In this document: one piece after another, positions 53,714 through 63,648 of the stretch
How the letters are laid out: the number at the start of each line of letters is the position of its first letter
Numbering within the stretch: the stretch's first letter is position 1
DNA from: Candidatus Eiseniibacteriota bacterium
GTDB lineage: Bacteria > Eisenbacteria > RBG-16-71-46 > CAIMUX01 > VGJL01
NCBI GenBank assembly: GCA_963792585.1
Contig: CAWBWI010000001.1
Span: forward strand, 352,001-416,000
DNA: 64,000 bases
Direction: 5' to 3'
The notes under the pieces: model-generated
What the model was told of the DNA's origin: nothing
Seen by the model: only the letters and a program-made list of their open reading frames with translations
Database searches by the model: none
Position numbers and translations under genes: made by a program

Positions 53714-55185
53714 TGTCAGCTCCCGCGGTTTCATTCCGGGGAATCGTCAAGCGCTTCGGGGCGCTCACCGCCAACGACGCGATCTCCTTCGACGTCCGAC
53801 CCGGAAGCGTTCACGTCCTGCTGGGCGAAAACGGTGCGGGGAAGACGACCCTCCTCTCCATGCTCACCGGATTCCTCCGCGCCGACGCCGGAGAAATCCT
53901 GGTCGACGGCCACGTCCTCGATCAGGGGAGTCCGCGGGCTGCGTTGCGGGCGGGCATCGGTTTCTGCGCGCAACACTTCATGCTCGCCGGCGCATTGACG
54001 GGGGCGGAGAACGTGCTTCTGGGACGGCCCGGCTGCGCGGGTTTCCGCGGCCTGTCGCGCGATCGCATCGAGGGCCTGTCCCGCCTGGCTGCGGCCCACG
54101 GCCTCGATGTGCCGCTCGATCGACCGGTCGATCTGCTCACGGTCGTCGAGCAGGAGCGTCTGGAGATCCTGAAACTCCTCGAGCGGGACAGCCGAATCCT
54201 CGTTCTCGACGAGCCGACGAGCGTGCTTGCGCCGCCGGAGGTCCGTCCTCTATTCGCCACCCTTCGCCGGCTGGCGGCCGAAGGACGCACGGTGATCCTC
54301 GTGACCCACCGGCTGGCGGAGGTGCGGGAGGTTGCCGACCGCGTGACGGTGCTGCGAAGAGGACGCGTCGTCGGGGAGGCGGAGCGCGATCATCTGGACA
54401 CGGACGAGCTGGTTCACTGGATCGCGGGCGAGCGGGCCCCGGCGCCTGTCCGGCGCGTCGCGGTGATGCCGGGGGAGGAGCTCCTGCGCGTGCGGGGACT
54501 CGCCTGCGGACACTCCGCGACCTCGCCGCGCGGCATCGACCTGCACGTGCGCGCCGGGGAGATCGTCGGCGTCGGCGGCGTGCTGGGCAACGGCCAGACC
54601 GAGATCGTCGAGGCGCTAACCGGGCAGATCCCGATCCGCGCGGGGAGCGTGCGGATGCTGGATCGGAACACCGCCGCGCCGGGGCGGGTGGCCCTTCCCG
54701 CCGAGGTCGCCTGGGTCCCGGAGGATCGGCGGGCCGAGGGGATCGCCCTGGAGATGACCCTTGAAGAGAACCTCCGGATCGGCGTCCCGGCGCGCGCGCA
54801 CAAGCGCGGCGCGGGGGTGGCCCGCGCCCTCGATGCGTATGACGTCCGGCCGGCCGATCCCGATCTGCCCGCGGCGCACCTGTCGGGTGGTAACCAGCAG
54901 CGACTCCTGCTCGCGCGGGAGATGTCGCGCGGCGCGCGCCTCCTGCTGGCGGTGCACCCGACGCGCGGGCTCGACCCGAACGCGACCCGCTTCGTGCACG
55001 ATCGCCTTCTCGACGCCCGGGCGCAGGGGCTCGGCGTCCTCCTGGTGACGGGGGATCTCTCGGAGCTCTACGGTCTCTCGGATCGGATTCTGATCCTCTT
55101 CCGCGGTGAAGTCCGGTATCAGGCGATGGCGGACGAGGTCGATCCCGAGGCGGTCCATCGCGCGCTGGTCGGGGTCTCGCCGTGA
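53713..55185 (+). CDS. Nucleoside ABC transporter ATP-binding protein (two domains, NupA-like)
   Basis: GENGAGKT, LDEPT, LSGGNQQ, HPTRGLD. Confidence 0.92.
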   Translation: MSAPAVSFRGIVKRFGALTANDAISFDVRPGSVHVLLGENGAGKTTLLSMLTGFLRADAGEILVDGHVLDQGSPRAALRAGIGFCAQHFMLAGALTGAENVLLGRPGCAGFRGLSRDRIEGLSRLAAAHGLDVPLDRPVDLLTVVEQERLEILKLLERDSRILVLDEPTSVLAPPEVRPLFATLRRLAAEGRTVILVTHRLAEVREVADRVTVLRRGRVVGEAERDHLDTDELVHWIAGERAPAPVRRVAVMPGEELLRVRGLACGHSATSPRGIDLHVRAGEIVGVGGVLGNGQTEIVEALTGQIPIRAGSVRMLDRNTAAPGRVALPAEVAWVPEDRRAEGIALEMTLEENLRIGVPARAHKRGAGVARALDAYDVRPADPDLPAAHLSGGNQQRLLLAREMSRGARLLLAVHPTRGLDPNATRFVHDRLLDARAQGLGVLLVTGDLSELYGLSDRILILFRGEVRYQAMADEVDPEAVHRALVGVSP

Positions 55186-56216
55186 AGATCCGCTCGTTCC
55201 TGATTCCCGTCCTTTCCGCCCTGCTCGGCCTGGCGGCGGGGACCTTGATCGCCGCCCTCGCGGGCGCGCCCCCCGGTCGTTTCCTTGCGCTTCTGCTCGG
55301 CGAAACCCTCGGGACAGGCTACGGCCTGGGACAGGTCCTCTTCCGCGCGACCCCCTTGATCTTCACCGGACTCGCCGTCGCCCTCCCCCTGCGCGCGGGG
55401 CTCCTGAACATCGGCGCCGAGGGGCAGATGGCGGTCGGCGGTTTCGCGATGACGCTCGTCGGAATCCACCTGGCGTCGGTCCCGGGGCCATGGCTCTGGA
55501 TCCTCTGCATCCTCGCCGCCGCGACGGCCGGCGCCGTCTGGGGAGGGATCGCCGGATTCTTGAAGGCCGCGACCGGAGCCCACGAGGTGATCGTCACGAT
55601 CCTCTTGAACTTCATCGCCGCGGCGCTCGTGAACTACTTCCTCACGTGGCACTACGCGCTCCCCGAAACGGTCCGCACCGCGACCATCGGATCCGGGGCA
55701 TGGATGGGAAGGGCGTCGGAACTGGGGGGCCTCTTCCGCGGGTCGGGTCTTTCGACCGCGCTCCCGTTCGCGCTTGCCGTCGCGGTCGGATGCGACCTGC
55801 TCCTGTTACGGAGCTCCCTGGGGTTCGCGTGGCGGGTGCTGTGGGGCGGCCCTCGAAGGGCGCGCTATGCGCGGCTCGACGCCCGGCGCTTGACAATCGG
55901 ATCGCTCGCCCTCGCGGGCGGGCTTGCCGGCATGGGAAGCTGCTCGTACATACTTGGTTACAAGCATTACTTCGAGGAAGGCTTTACGGGCGGTACCGGC
56001 TTCCTCGGAATCGCGGTGGCCCTGCTCGCGCGCAACCGCCCGGCAGCGATCCCGATCAGCGCGTTCCTGTTCGGAATGCTCTCGCAGGGGGGATTGGCCG
56101 TGAACCAGCTCGTTCCCAGGGAGATGATCGACCTCGTGATGGCGGTGATCTTGATCGTCTTCATCGTGCTCGACGCGCGCGCCCGTGAGGGAGGATTTCG
56201 ATGGATCTCCTCCTGA
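55182..56216 (+). CDS. Nucleoside ABC transporter permease (NupB-like)
   Basis: GLLNIGAEGQ, HEVIVTILLN, GIAVALLARN. Confidence 0.92.
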   Translation: MKIRSFLIPVLSALLGLAAGTLIAALAGAPPGRFLALLLGETLGTGYGLGQVLFRATPLIFTGLAVALPLRAGLLNIGAEGQMAVGGFAMTLVGIHLASVPGPWLWILCILAAATAGAVWGGIAGFLKAATGAHEVIVTILLNFIAAALVNYFLTWHYALPETVRTATIGSGAWMGRASELGGLFRGSGLSTALPFALAVAVGCDLLLLRSSLGFAWRVLWGGPRRARYARLDARRLTIGSLALAGGLAGMGSCSYILGYKHYFEEGFTGGTGFLGIAVALLARNRPAAIPISAFLFGMLSQGGLAVNQLVPREMIDLVMAVILIVFIVLDARAREGGFRWISS

Positions 56217-57115
56217 GCTTCCTCGCGCAGGTGGCCCGGATCGCGGTGCCGTACGCCTTGGTCGCAGTCGGGGGATGTCTCTCCGAGCGCTCGGGGGTCA
56301 TCAACATCGGGCTCGAGGGGATCCTGCTCAACGGCGCCTTCGGAACCGCCGTGGGAACGATCGCGACCGGCTCTCCGCTCTTCGGGGTGATTTGCGGAAT
56401 CCTTGCGGGGTGCGCGACCGGGCTTCTCCACGCGATCGTGACGGTCCGCGCGAGAGCCGATCAGATCGTCTCGGGGCTCGCGATCAACATGGCATCTCTC
56501 GCCGGCACGCGCGCCCTCCTGAAGATCTTCTACGCGAGCGCCAGCAACTCCCCGCGGATCCTGGATGTGTCCCCATCGGCCCTGCCCGGCTTTGGTATCC
56601 TCGGATCCCTGGGAGAGGTGATCGGACAGCCGCTCTTCATCGCCGCCGTGCTCCTGTGCGTCATCGCGGAGAGGGGGTTGATGCGTTCGGGGGCGGGGCT
56701 GTTGGTCCGCGCCGCCGGCGAGCGCCCGGCCGCGCTCGAGGCGAGCGGCACCGGCGTGGCGGGCGTGCGCGTCATCGCGGTCGTCCTCGGTGGCGCATCG
56801 GCGGGGCTCGGCGGAGCATGGCTCGCCTTCCAGCAGAACTCTTTCACCGACGGGATGTCCGGCGGACGCGGCTACATCGCGCTCGCGGCGATGATCGCCG
56901 GGAAGTGGAGACCCGCAGGGGCGGCCGCCGCCTGCGTCCTCTTCGCCGCGGCGGAAACCCTCCAGATCAGGCTTTCGGGAAGGGGCGTGCCGACGCAGTT
57001 CTTGCAGATGATCCCGTATGTGGTTGCATTGGGCGTGCTGGCCGGGTGGGTCGGCCGCGCGGTTCCGCCCGCCGCGCTCGGGCGCCCGTATCGAAGGGGG
57101 AGCGGAGAGGCATGA
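56201..57115 (+). CDS. Nucleoside ABC transporter permease (NupC-like)
   Basis: SERSGVINIGLEG, GRGYIALAA, MIPY, PAALGRPY. Confidence 0.92.
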   Translation: MDLLLSFLAQVARIAVPYALVAVGGCLSERSGVINIGLEGILLNGAFGTAVGTIATGSPLFGVICGILAGCATGLLHAIVTVRARADQIVSGLAINMASLAGTRALLKIFYASASNSPRILDVSPSALPGFGILGSLGEVIGQPLFIAAVLLCVIAERGLMRSGAGLLVRAAGERPAALEASGTGVAGVRVIAVVLGGASAGLGGAWLAFQQNSFTDGMSGGRGYIALAAMIAGKWRPAGAAAACVLFAAAETLQIRLSGRGVPTQFLQMIPYVVALGVLAGWVGRAVPPAALGRPYRRGSGEA

Positions 57116-57912
57116 ACGACGCGCGCGCGGCGGCCGACTTTCTTCGAAGCCGATGGGGGGAGGCGCGTCCGAGCGTCGCGGTCGTTCTCGGGTCCGGACT
57201 GGGTGGGATCGCCGAAGGACTCGAGGAGCGCAGGAGTCTTCCGAGCGACACGATCCCGGGCATTCCCAAGGCGACGGTCGAGGGCCACGCCGGGGAAGTC
57301 CACATCGGGCGGTGGGGTTCCTCTCCGGTTCTGGTTTTCCAGGGCCGCGTCCACTTCTACGAGGGCCATTCGTTCGACACCGTCACGCTCGCCGTTCGCA
57401 CCGCGGCGGAACTGGGCGTCCGCGACCTGATCCTCACCAACGCGGCCGGCTCGTGCGATGGGGCTCTGCCGCCGGGCGCGCTCATGCGGGCGACCGACCT
57501 GATCGATCTCTTCTTCCGTCGCAATCGCGGGACCTCGGCCCCGCCCTGGATCGGTCGCGGTGGGGTTCTCGACAGCGATCTGGGACGGATCCTGGACGAT
57601 GCGGCCCTTGCGGAACGGATCGAGATGCGCCTGGGGATCCTCTGCGGCAGCCAGGGGCCGACGTACGAGACCGCGTCGGAGATCCGCCTGTGGCGCAAGA
57701 TCGGCGCGAGCGCGGCGTGCATGTCTACGGTGCCGGAGGCCTTCGCCGCGCGCGCGGCCGGGATGCGGGTGGCGGCGATCTCGATGATCTCGAATTTCGG
57801 GACAGGCGTCACGCCCGGCCGGATCGACCACGAAGAAGTGATGCGCGAGGGCAAACGGGCGGGAAAGGATCTCGGCCGGCTCCTGCGGCGGGCGATCTCG
57901 CTGTTGTGCTGA
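57112..57912 (+). CDS. punA: Purine-nucleoside phosphorylase (trimeric type)
   Basis: VLGSGLG, GHAG, QGRVHFYEG, TNAAG, GPTYET, MSTVPE, HEEV. Confidence 0.9.
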   Translation: MNDARAAADFLRSRWGEARPSVAVVLGSGLGGIAEGLEERRSLPSDTIPGIPKATVEGHAGEVHIGRWGSSPVLVFQGRVHFYEGHSFDTVTLAVRTAAELGVRDLILTNAAGSCDGALPPGALMRATDLIDLFFRRNRGTSAPPWIGRGGVLDSDLGRILDDAALAERIEMRLGILCGSQGPTYETASEIRLWRKIGASAACMSTVPEAFAARAAGMRVAAISMISNFGTGVTPGRIDHEEVMREGKRAGKDLGRLLRRAISLLC

Positions 57913-58775
57913 AGTCGTACGGGCGATGGGCGCGCTCCGCGAAGATCGTCCAACTCCTTCTGCTCTCGCTGACCGTCGGCTGCATTCCCGTGTCGTTCGT
58001 TCCCAGCCGGGCAGACCTCGCTCAGGGCCGGTACGCGCCGCCCGCCCGCTCCTTCGGCGACAGCCTCGTCGTCGCTTCGTACAACATCGGCTTCGGTGAG
58101 AAGATCGCGGAGGCCATCGACGATCTGCGACGGGAACCGCACCTCGCGGGTGCCGATCTCCTCCTGCTTCAAGAGATGGATCCGCGCGGCTGCGACCGGA
58201 TCGCGCGGGAGCTGGGGTACGACTACATCTACTACCCCGCCGCGATCCACCCGCACCACGACCTGCTCTTCGGGAATGCGATCCTGACTCGGGGAGAGAT
58301 CCGCAGCTCCGGCTTCATCCGGCTGCCCAAGCATGGAATCTTGACCGGGACGAACCGCATCGCCGTGGTCGCGGAAATCCAGTTCGGAGGCAGGATCCTG
58401 CGCGCGGTCAGCATCCATACGTCGACGCCGATCGTGCCGCAGAGTCAGCGGATCCAACAAGTCCGCGCGTTGATCGACAGCCTATCGGTTTCGCGGGAGG
58501 CGACGGTGGTCGGGGGAGACTTCAATACCACCACCGAAAGCAGCCTGCTCCTGGTGTCCCGCGAGATGCAGCGAGCGGGGTACCGCCGGGTGATCGTGAC
58601 GGGACGCACAACCACCCGACCCAATCATCGGAGCGGACTCGAGCAGGGGCAGGTGCTGGACCACATCTTCTACCGGGATCTCGCGCCGCGACACGGAGGC
58701 ATCTTCACCGCAGCCGGGGCGAGCGATCACTTTCCGATCTGGTCCGTCTTCGGGTGGCCCGCCGAGGTGCGCTGA
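57906..58775 (+). CDS. Endonuclease/exonuclease/phosphatase family protein, possible lipoprotein
   Basis: SYNI, LQE, GNAIL, GGDFN, LDHIF, SDHFP; LLLLSLTVGC lipobox-like N-terminus. Confidence 0.87.
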   Translation: MLKSYGRWARSAKIVQLLLLSLTVGCIPVSFVPSRADLAQGRYAPPARSFGDSLVVASYNIGFGEKIAEAIDDLRREPHLAGADLLLLQEMDPRGCDRIARELGYDYIYYPAAIHPHHDLLFGNAILTRGEIRSSGFIRLPKHGILTGTNRIAVVAEIQFGGRILRAVSIHTSTPIVPQSQRIQQVRALIDSLSVSREATVVGGDFNTTTESSLLLVSREMQRAGYRRVIVTGRTTTRPNHRSGLEQGQVLDHIFYRDLAPRHGGIFTAAGASDHFPIWSVFGWPAEVR

Positions 58776-58854
58776 CCCCGAGGACCGGAATCGACTCCCG
58801 GCGGCGATGCGTGTCCAAAGCAGCTGCGGAAAGAAGAGGCGCCGATGCCGCGCG

Positions 58855-59919
58855 TCACCGGATCGAACCGGCGACGTCGGAACCGCGAGCGGCATCCAAC
58901 ACGATCTGATTCCTGTGCCCGTCCTCGAAGGTCGCCGCGCCGGGGACTTCCGCCCGGCCGTCGCCGATCGCGGCCACCGTATGGCGGGCAAGCCGCAAGA
59001 AAGAGCGCGCCCAGTCGGTGTCGGGGATTGCCAGCTCCGCCGACGGGGCAAGATCGTCTTCCGTCGGCATCTCGACCTGCGGATCGTGGCCGAGCTGAAC
59101 CCGAAGGGGCTGCTGCTCCTCGGTGCGCGCGTACCCATCCGAGCCCGCGAGTGTCAGGCGGTGAACCCGCTCTCCTTCGACCAGCGAGATCGTGATCGTC
59201 GCCACCGCTCCGGATGAGAACCTCAGCCAGGCGGCCGCAAAATCATCCGTCGTCACCGGCCTGGGTCGGCCGGTCGATGGGTCGGGACGTTCCCGCACGA
59301 AGGTCTCGAGAACGCCACGCGTCTCGACGACCTCGCCGAGCAGCACCCGCAGCGCGTCGACCGCGTGGGAACCGATGGCGCCCCACGCGCCGCCCCCGCA
59401 GGCGCGATCGCTCCACCATGTCCATGGGGTCGAAGGATCGCGGCGACCCGGCGAGAGCAGGGTAAAGGAGGCGTGATGGATCGTTCCGAGACGGCCCCCC
59501 TGCACCAGCTCACGCAGGGCGACGCGTGCGGGGGAGAAACGAAGCTCGTGATCGATGAGGGCGATCTGCTTCGGGTGGGCGCGCGCGGCGGCGAGCATCG
59601 ATGCGCTCTCCGAAGCGTCGAGTGCGGTCGGCTTCTCGCAGACGACGTGGCAGCCGGCCTCGAGCGCATCGATCGCCTGCTCGCGGTGCCTGTGAGGAGG
59701 GGTCACGACGTAGACGAGGTCGGGGCGGCAGCGGTCCAGGATGACGCGGTGATCGTCGGAAACCGCCTCGATTCCGAACTCCGCCGCGGTTGCGCGCACG
59801 CGCTCGATGTTCGGACTCGCGATGCCGACCACGCGAACACCCGGAACATGCCTCAGGGCGGGCAAGACGACGCTGCGCGCGAAACCGTTGCCGAATACGA
59901 CGGTGCGCACCTCCGTCAC
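58855..59919 (-). CDS. Gfo/Idh/MocA family oxidoreductase
   Basis: VTPPHRH, VVCEKP, ELRF, GGGAWGAIGSHAVD. Confidence 0.92.
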   Translation of the reverse strand: MTEVRTVVFGNGFARSVVLPALRHVPGVRVVGIASPNIERVRATAAEFGIEAVSDDHRVILDRCRPDLVYVVTPPHRHREQAIDALEAGCHVVCEKPTALDASESASMLAAARAHPKQIALIDHELRFSPARVALRELVQGGRLGTIHHASFTLLSPGRRDPSTPWTWWSDRACGGGAWGAIGSHAVDALRVLLGEVVETRGVLETFVRERPDPSTGRPRPVTTDDFAAAWLRFSSGAVATITISLVEGERVHRLTLAGSDGYARTEEQQPLRVQLGHDPQVEMPTEDDLAPSAELAIPDTDWARSFLRLARHTVAAIGDGRAEVPGAATFEDGHRNQIVLDAARGSDVAGSIR

Positions 59920-61070
59920 GAAACCCCGACGCCTCCCTTGCGGCGGCCCCCGCCCCCGCGCGTGACGATCGCCGGCTCGATGACCAGGGATCCGTCACGC
60001 ACATCGACGCACAGGCTGCGCTCCAGTGGATGGGCCAGGAGGTAGCGCGCGAGTGGATTGAGGAGCTTGTTCTCGAGCGTGCGGTTGATCGTCCCCGCTC
60101 CGGTCTTCTTGCATTGCTCGTCCGTGATGAATTCCTGATAGACGGATTCGCTGACCTTCACCCCCCGCTTTCCCTCCTCGAGTCGCTGCAGGACCGTCTC
60201 CACCTTGTAGCGCGCGATCTTGCGAACGTCGTCGGGAGTGAGCGCCGGAACCACGATCACCTCCTGGAACGTCTCGAGGAACTCCTCGCCGAGCCGCCGA
60301 GACAGCTTCTCGCGAACGCGATCGTCGACGCTCTTCGGCGCGCGGTTGAAGCCGATTTCCGAGGCGGTGCCGTTCTCATCCTCCGGGACGCGGCTCGTCG
60401 CGAAGACGATCGTATGCTCGAAGGTGACCCGCCCGCGGGCGTCCTCGATCCACCCCTGCTCGAGGATCTGCTGGATCAGGCGACACGCGGCGGCATGGGC
60501 GTGCTCGATCCACCGGAGCAGGAGGATCGCGTGAGGCCGCCGGCGGACCGCGGCGGTGATCAAGCCCTCGAACAGAATCGGCTGCGGTCCCGGCATCAGG
60601 GTGTCGGTCAGACGGTTGACGTCCTCCTCGTTGGCGATCGTCCGCATGTCGACCGAGATGACCAGGGACTCGTCTCCATAGAGGATCGCAGCGAGGGCGT
60701 AGGCGAACTCGTTCTTCCCGACCCCCGGGGGCCCGACGACGAGGAAGGATCCGTTGGGACGCTCGGGGCGGAAGTCGAGGTGGGTCATCCGGACCCGAAT
60801 GGCCTCGGCGATTCGGCCGACGGCCTCGTCCTTGCCGAGGATCCGGGCCGCCATCAGCTCCTCAAGGTGGAGGAGCGATTCGCGATTCGGTTGCGGGACG
60901 CCGGGGCCTCCCTTCAGGAGTCCGTTGGCCTGGCGTCTCTTCCTGCTCGCGCCGGCTTTCTTCTTGGCGGGTGCCTTCTTCGAGGCTTTTGCGAGGCTCT
61001 TCCCGCGGGTGGTGGGCTTCTTGACCGTCTTCCCTTTGGTGCGCTTCCCAATCCGTGTCTGCTTCTTCAT
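59916..61070 (-). CDS. Stand-alone ClpA/ClpB D2-like AAA+ domain protein with Lys-rich N-terminal tail and degenerate catalytic motifs
   Basis: RILGKDEAV, RPNGSFLVVGPPGVGK, AVRRRP, QILEQG.I.D..GR.V.F; small D2 domain LENKLLNPLA. Confidence 0.8.
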   Translation of the reverse strand: MKKQTRIGKRTKGKTVKKPTTRGKSLAKASKKAPAKKKAGASRKRRQANGLLKGGPGVPQPNRESLLHLEELMAARILGKDEAVGRIAEAIRVRMTHLDFRPERPNGSFLVVGPPGVGKNEFAYALAAILYGDESLVISVDMRTIANEEDVNRLTDTLMPGPQPILFEGLITAAVRRRPHAILLLRWIEHAHAAACRLIQQILEQGWIEDARGRVTFEHTIVFATSRVPEDENGTASEIGFNRAPKSVDDRVREKLSRRLGEEFLETFQEVIVVPALTPDDVRKIARYKVETVLQRLEEGKRGVKVSESVYQEFITDEQCKKTGAGTINRTLENKLLNPLARYLLAHPLERSLCVDVRDGSLVIEPAIVTRGGGGRRKGGVGVS

Positions 61071-61166
61071 TTCCCGCCCTTCAGCCCGGCGCCTGCCGAG
61101 CCGATGGGAGGCTAGCAGAGAAAGGGATTCCGGTCCATCGAGTGGCCTGCGAGAATCCCTGCGGAC

Positions 61167-61175
61167 TGCTATGCT
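61167..61175 (+). promoter_or_regulatory. Extended -10 element upstream of pfkA
   Basis: TG-C-TATGCT about 40 nt before the ATG. Confidence 0.35.
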
Positions 61176-61214
61176 TCGCAGTCACGGCGGGCGGCGCCGA
61201 TCCAGGGAGGGACG

Positions 61215-62348
61215 ATGGCCGAGGCCTTGAGACGGATGGGGATCCTGACCGGCGGTGGCGACTGTCCGGGTTTGAACGCGGTCATTCGCGCGGTCGTGAA
61301 GACGGCCGTTTTCCAGCACCAGATCGACGTCATCGGGATCGAGAATGGATACTGGGGACTCATCCACGATCGGATGCGTCCGTTGACCACCTCCGACGTG
61401 GGCGGCATCCTCGCGCGCGGCGGGACGATTCTCGGGAGCAGCAACCGGGACAATCCGTTCCGGGTGCCAACCATTGAGAACGGCGAGAAGGTCTTTCGCG
61501 ACTTCTCCGATCAGGCGATCAAGAACGCCCAGCGGCACGGCCTGCAGGTGCTGATCGCGGTTGGGGGAGACGGCAGCCTGTCGATCGCCCGAGACCTCTC
61601 GGGACGAGGGATCCGGATGATCGGGGTGCCGAAGACGATCGACAACGATCTCGGCGCGACCGACGTCACCTTCGGCTTCGACTCGGCCCTCGCCATCGCC
61701 ACCGAGGCGGTGGACCGGCTCCACACGACCGCGATGAGTCATCAGCGCGTCATGGTCCTCGAAGTGATGGGCCGCTACGCCGGCTGGATCGCCCTCCAGG
61801 CGGGGCTGGCGGGCGGTGGGGACGTGATCCTGATCCCCGAGATCCCTTTCGAGGTCGAGAAGGTGGCCGACGCGATCCGGGAACGGACCTACCACGGTCG
61901 ACCATTCGCGATCGTCGTCGTCGCCGAAGGGGCGCAACCGAAGGGCGGCTCGATGGTCGTCACCAAGACGGTGGCCGACTCGACCGACCCGATCCGCCTG
62001 GGGGGGATCGGTCAGTACGTCGCCTCGGAGCTCGAGCGACTGCTCGATCTCGAGACGCGCGCGACCGTTCTGGGGCATCTTCAGAGGGGCGGGGTCCCGA
62101 CGCCGTACGACCGGATCCTCGGGACCCGGTTCGGAGTCCGCGCGGTGGAGGCCGCCGTCGCCGGGGAGACCGACGTGATGGTCCGCCTCCACGGTCGTGT
62201 GATCGACACCGTTTCGCTTGCCGAAGCGGTCAAGGACATTCGACGGGTCGACCCGAACGGGGACCTGGTCCGCACGGCGCGCAGCGTGGGGACCTGCTTC
62301 GGCGATTTGGTGTCGCTTTCCGTCGGCGCGCCCGAACCGCTCGCGTAG
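61215..62348 (+). CDS. pfkA: 6-phosphofructokinase
   Basis: TGGGDCPGLN, GGDGS, PKTIDND, EVMGRYAGW, LGHLQRGG. Confidence 0.95.
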   Translation: MAEALRRMGILTGGGDCPGLNAVIRAVVKTAVFQHQIDVIGIENGYWGLIHDRMRPLTTSDVGGILARGGTILGSSNRDNPFRVPTIENGEKVFRDFSDQAIKNAQRHGLQVLIAVGGDGSLSIARDLSGRGIRMIGVPKTIDNDLGATDVTFGFDSALAIATEAVDRLHTTAMSHQRVMVLEVMGRYAGWIALQAGLAGGGDVILIPEIPFEVEKVADAIRERTYHGRPFAIVVVAEGAQPKGGSMVVTKTVADSTDPIRLGGIGQYVASELERLLDLETRATVLGHLQRGGVPTPYDRILGTRFGVRAVEAAVAGETDVMVRLHGRVIDTVSLAEAVKDIRRVDPNGDLVRTARSVGTCFGDLVSLSVGAPEPLA

Positions 62349-62391
62349 TCTCGGGTTCAACAGTGGAGGCGACGGGGTGGAGGAGGACTCG

Positions 62392-63648
62392 ATGCGGCAT
62401 CGCGCGGCCGGGCTGATCCTACGGGCCGTTCTGCTGGCGACGGCGCTCGCGGCCCCCGCCTGGGGGGACCCGTCCGATGATCCGCCCCCGACGCGGCACC
62501 TCGACCGGCCCCGCTTCAGCATCGACGCGGGGCCAATCTGGACCGGCGACACCTCGTGGGTCGCCGTGGAGATCGGGGTTCCTTTCCGCGAGCTGATGTT
62601 CCGCGCGGCCGATACCGGCTTCGAGGCGCAGTTCGACCTGATCGTCGTTCTCTACGACGGCAAGCGCCAGATTTCCGGCGACCTCTGGCACGAGACGGCG
62701 CGGGTGCGCACCCAGGCGCAAGCGCGCGAACCGGCGAACGCTTTCCAGCGCACCATTCGTCTTCCCGGCAAGCCCGGGCAGATGCGCGTCGAGGTCACGG
62801 TCAGTGAGCCATCGTCGGGAAACGAAGGGCGTCTGGCGCAGGACATCGATGTGCCCGATCTCTCTCGCGAGCCGCTCGTGATCGGGAAGATCTGGTTCGG
62901 TCAATGCCCGGCCGATTCCGCCGGGGGCGAATCGTTCCTGCCCGAACGGCCCGTCGTCTCGAGACGTTTCGGGCTCGCGCTCGGACCCGTCTGCGTATGG
63001 TCGCGCCTCTACACGCGGGCCCAGAACCCCGGCGAGCCGATCCGTCTCGAATGGCAGATCCTCGACGACCGTCGCGAGACCGTCGACCGCGACGAGATCC
63101 GATCGGTCGGAGGAGGGGCCAACGTGCCGATCTACTTCCACCTTCCCCTCGACAAGTTGTGGATGGGCAGCTACAGGCTTCGCCTGACGGCGCGTTCCGG
63201 CGAGCAGGAGGCGGTCCGCAACGTCGACTTCGAGATGGACGAGACGGTCATCACGCTGGATCACAATCCTGTGGAGAGCATCGCGCTCATCCGCTACATC
63301 GCCTCCGCCGACGAGATCGATGCCCTGGAGCGGGCCGCTCCCGAGGATCGGCAGAAAGCATGGGACGAATTCTGGGCGTCTCGAGGCCCCGACTTCAAGG
63401 AGGAGTTCTTCTCGCGCGTGCGATACGCGAACGAGCACTTCTCGAGTCTCGGACCCGGCTGGAAGACAGATCGGGGGATGGTCTACATTCAGTACGGCAC
63501 ACCGGACCAGATCGAGACGTATCCCCACAACATCGACACCCTGCCGTACGAGGTCTGGTCGTACTTCAGTCTCCGTCGGAGATTCGTCTTCGTGGACTAC
63601 GATGGATTTGGACGCTATGAGCTCTACACGCCGGGCCGTGCCCGTTAG
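62392..63648 (+). CDS. GWxTD domain-containing exported protein
   Basis: Signal peptide; RVRYANEHF..GWKTDRGMVYIQYGTPD..YEVWSY. Confidence 0.9.
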   Translation: MRHRAAGLILRAVLLATALAAPAWGDPSDDPPPTRHLDRPRFSIDAGPIWTGDTSWVAVEIGVPFRELMFRAADTGFEAQFDLIVVLYDGKRQISGDLWHETARVRTQAQAREPANAFQRTIRLPGKPGQMRVEVTVSEPSSGNEGRLAQDIDVPDLSREPLVIGKIWFGQCPADSAGGESFLPERPVVSRRFGLALGPVCVWSRLYTRAQNPGEPIRLEWQILDDRRETVDRDEIRSVGGGANVPIYFHLPLDKLWMGSYRLRLTARSGEQEAVRNVDFEMDETVITLDHNPVESIALIRYIASADEIDALERAAPEDRQKAWDEFWASRGPDFKEEFFSRVRYANEHFSSLGPGWKTDRGMVYIQYGTPDQIETYPHNIDTLPYEVWSYFSLRRRFVFVDYDGFGRYELYTPGRAR

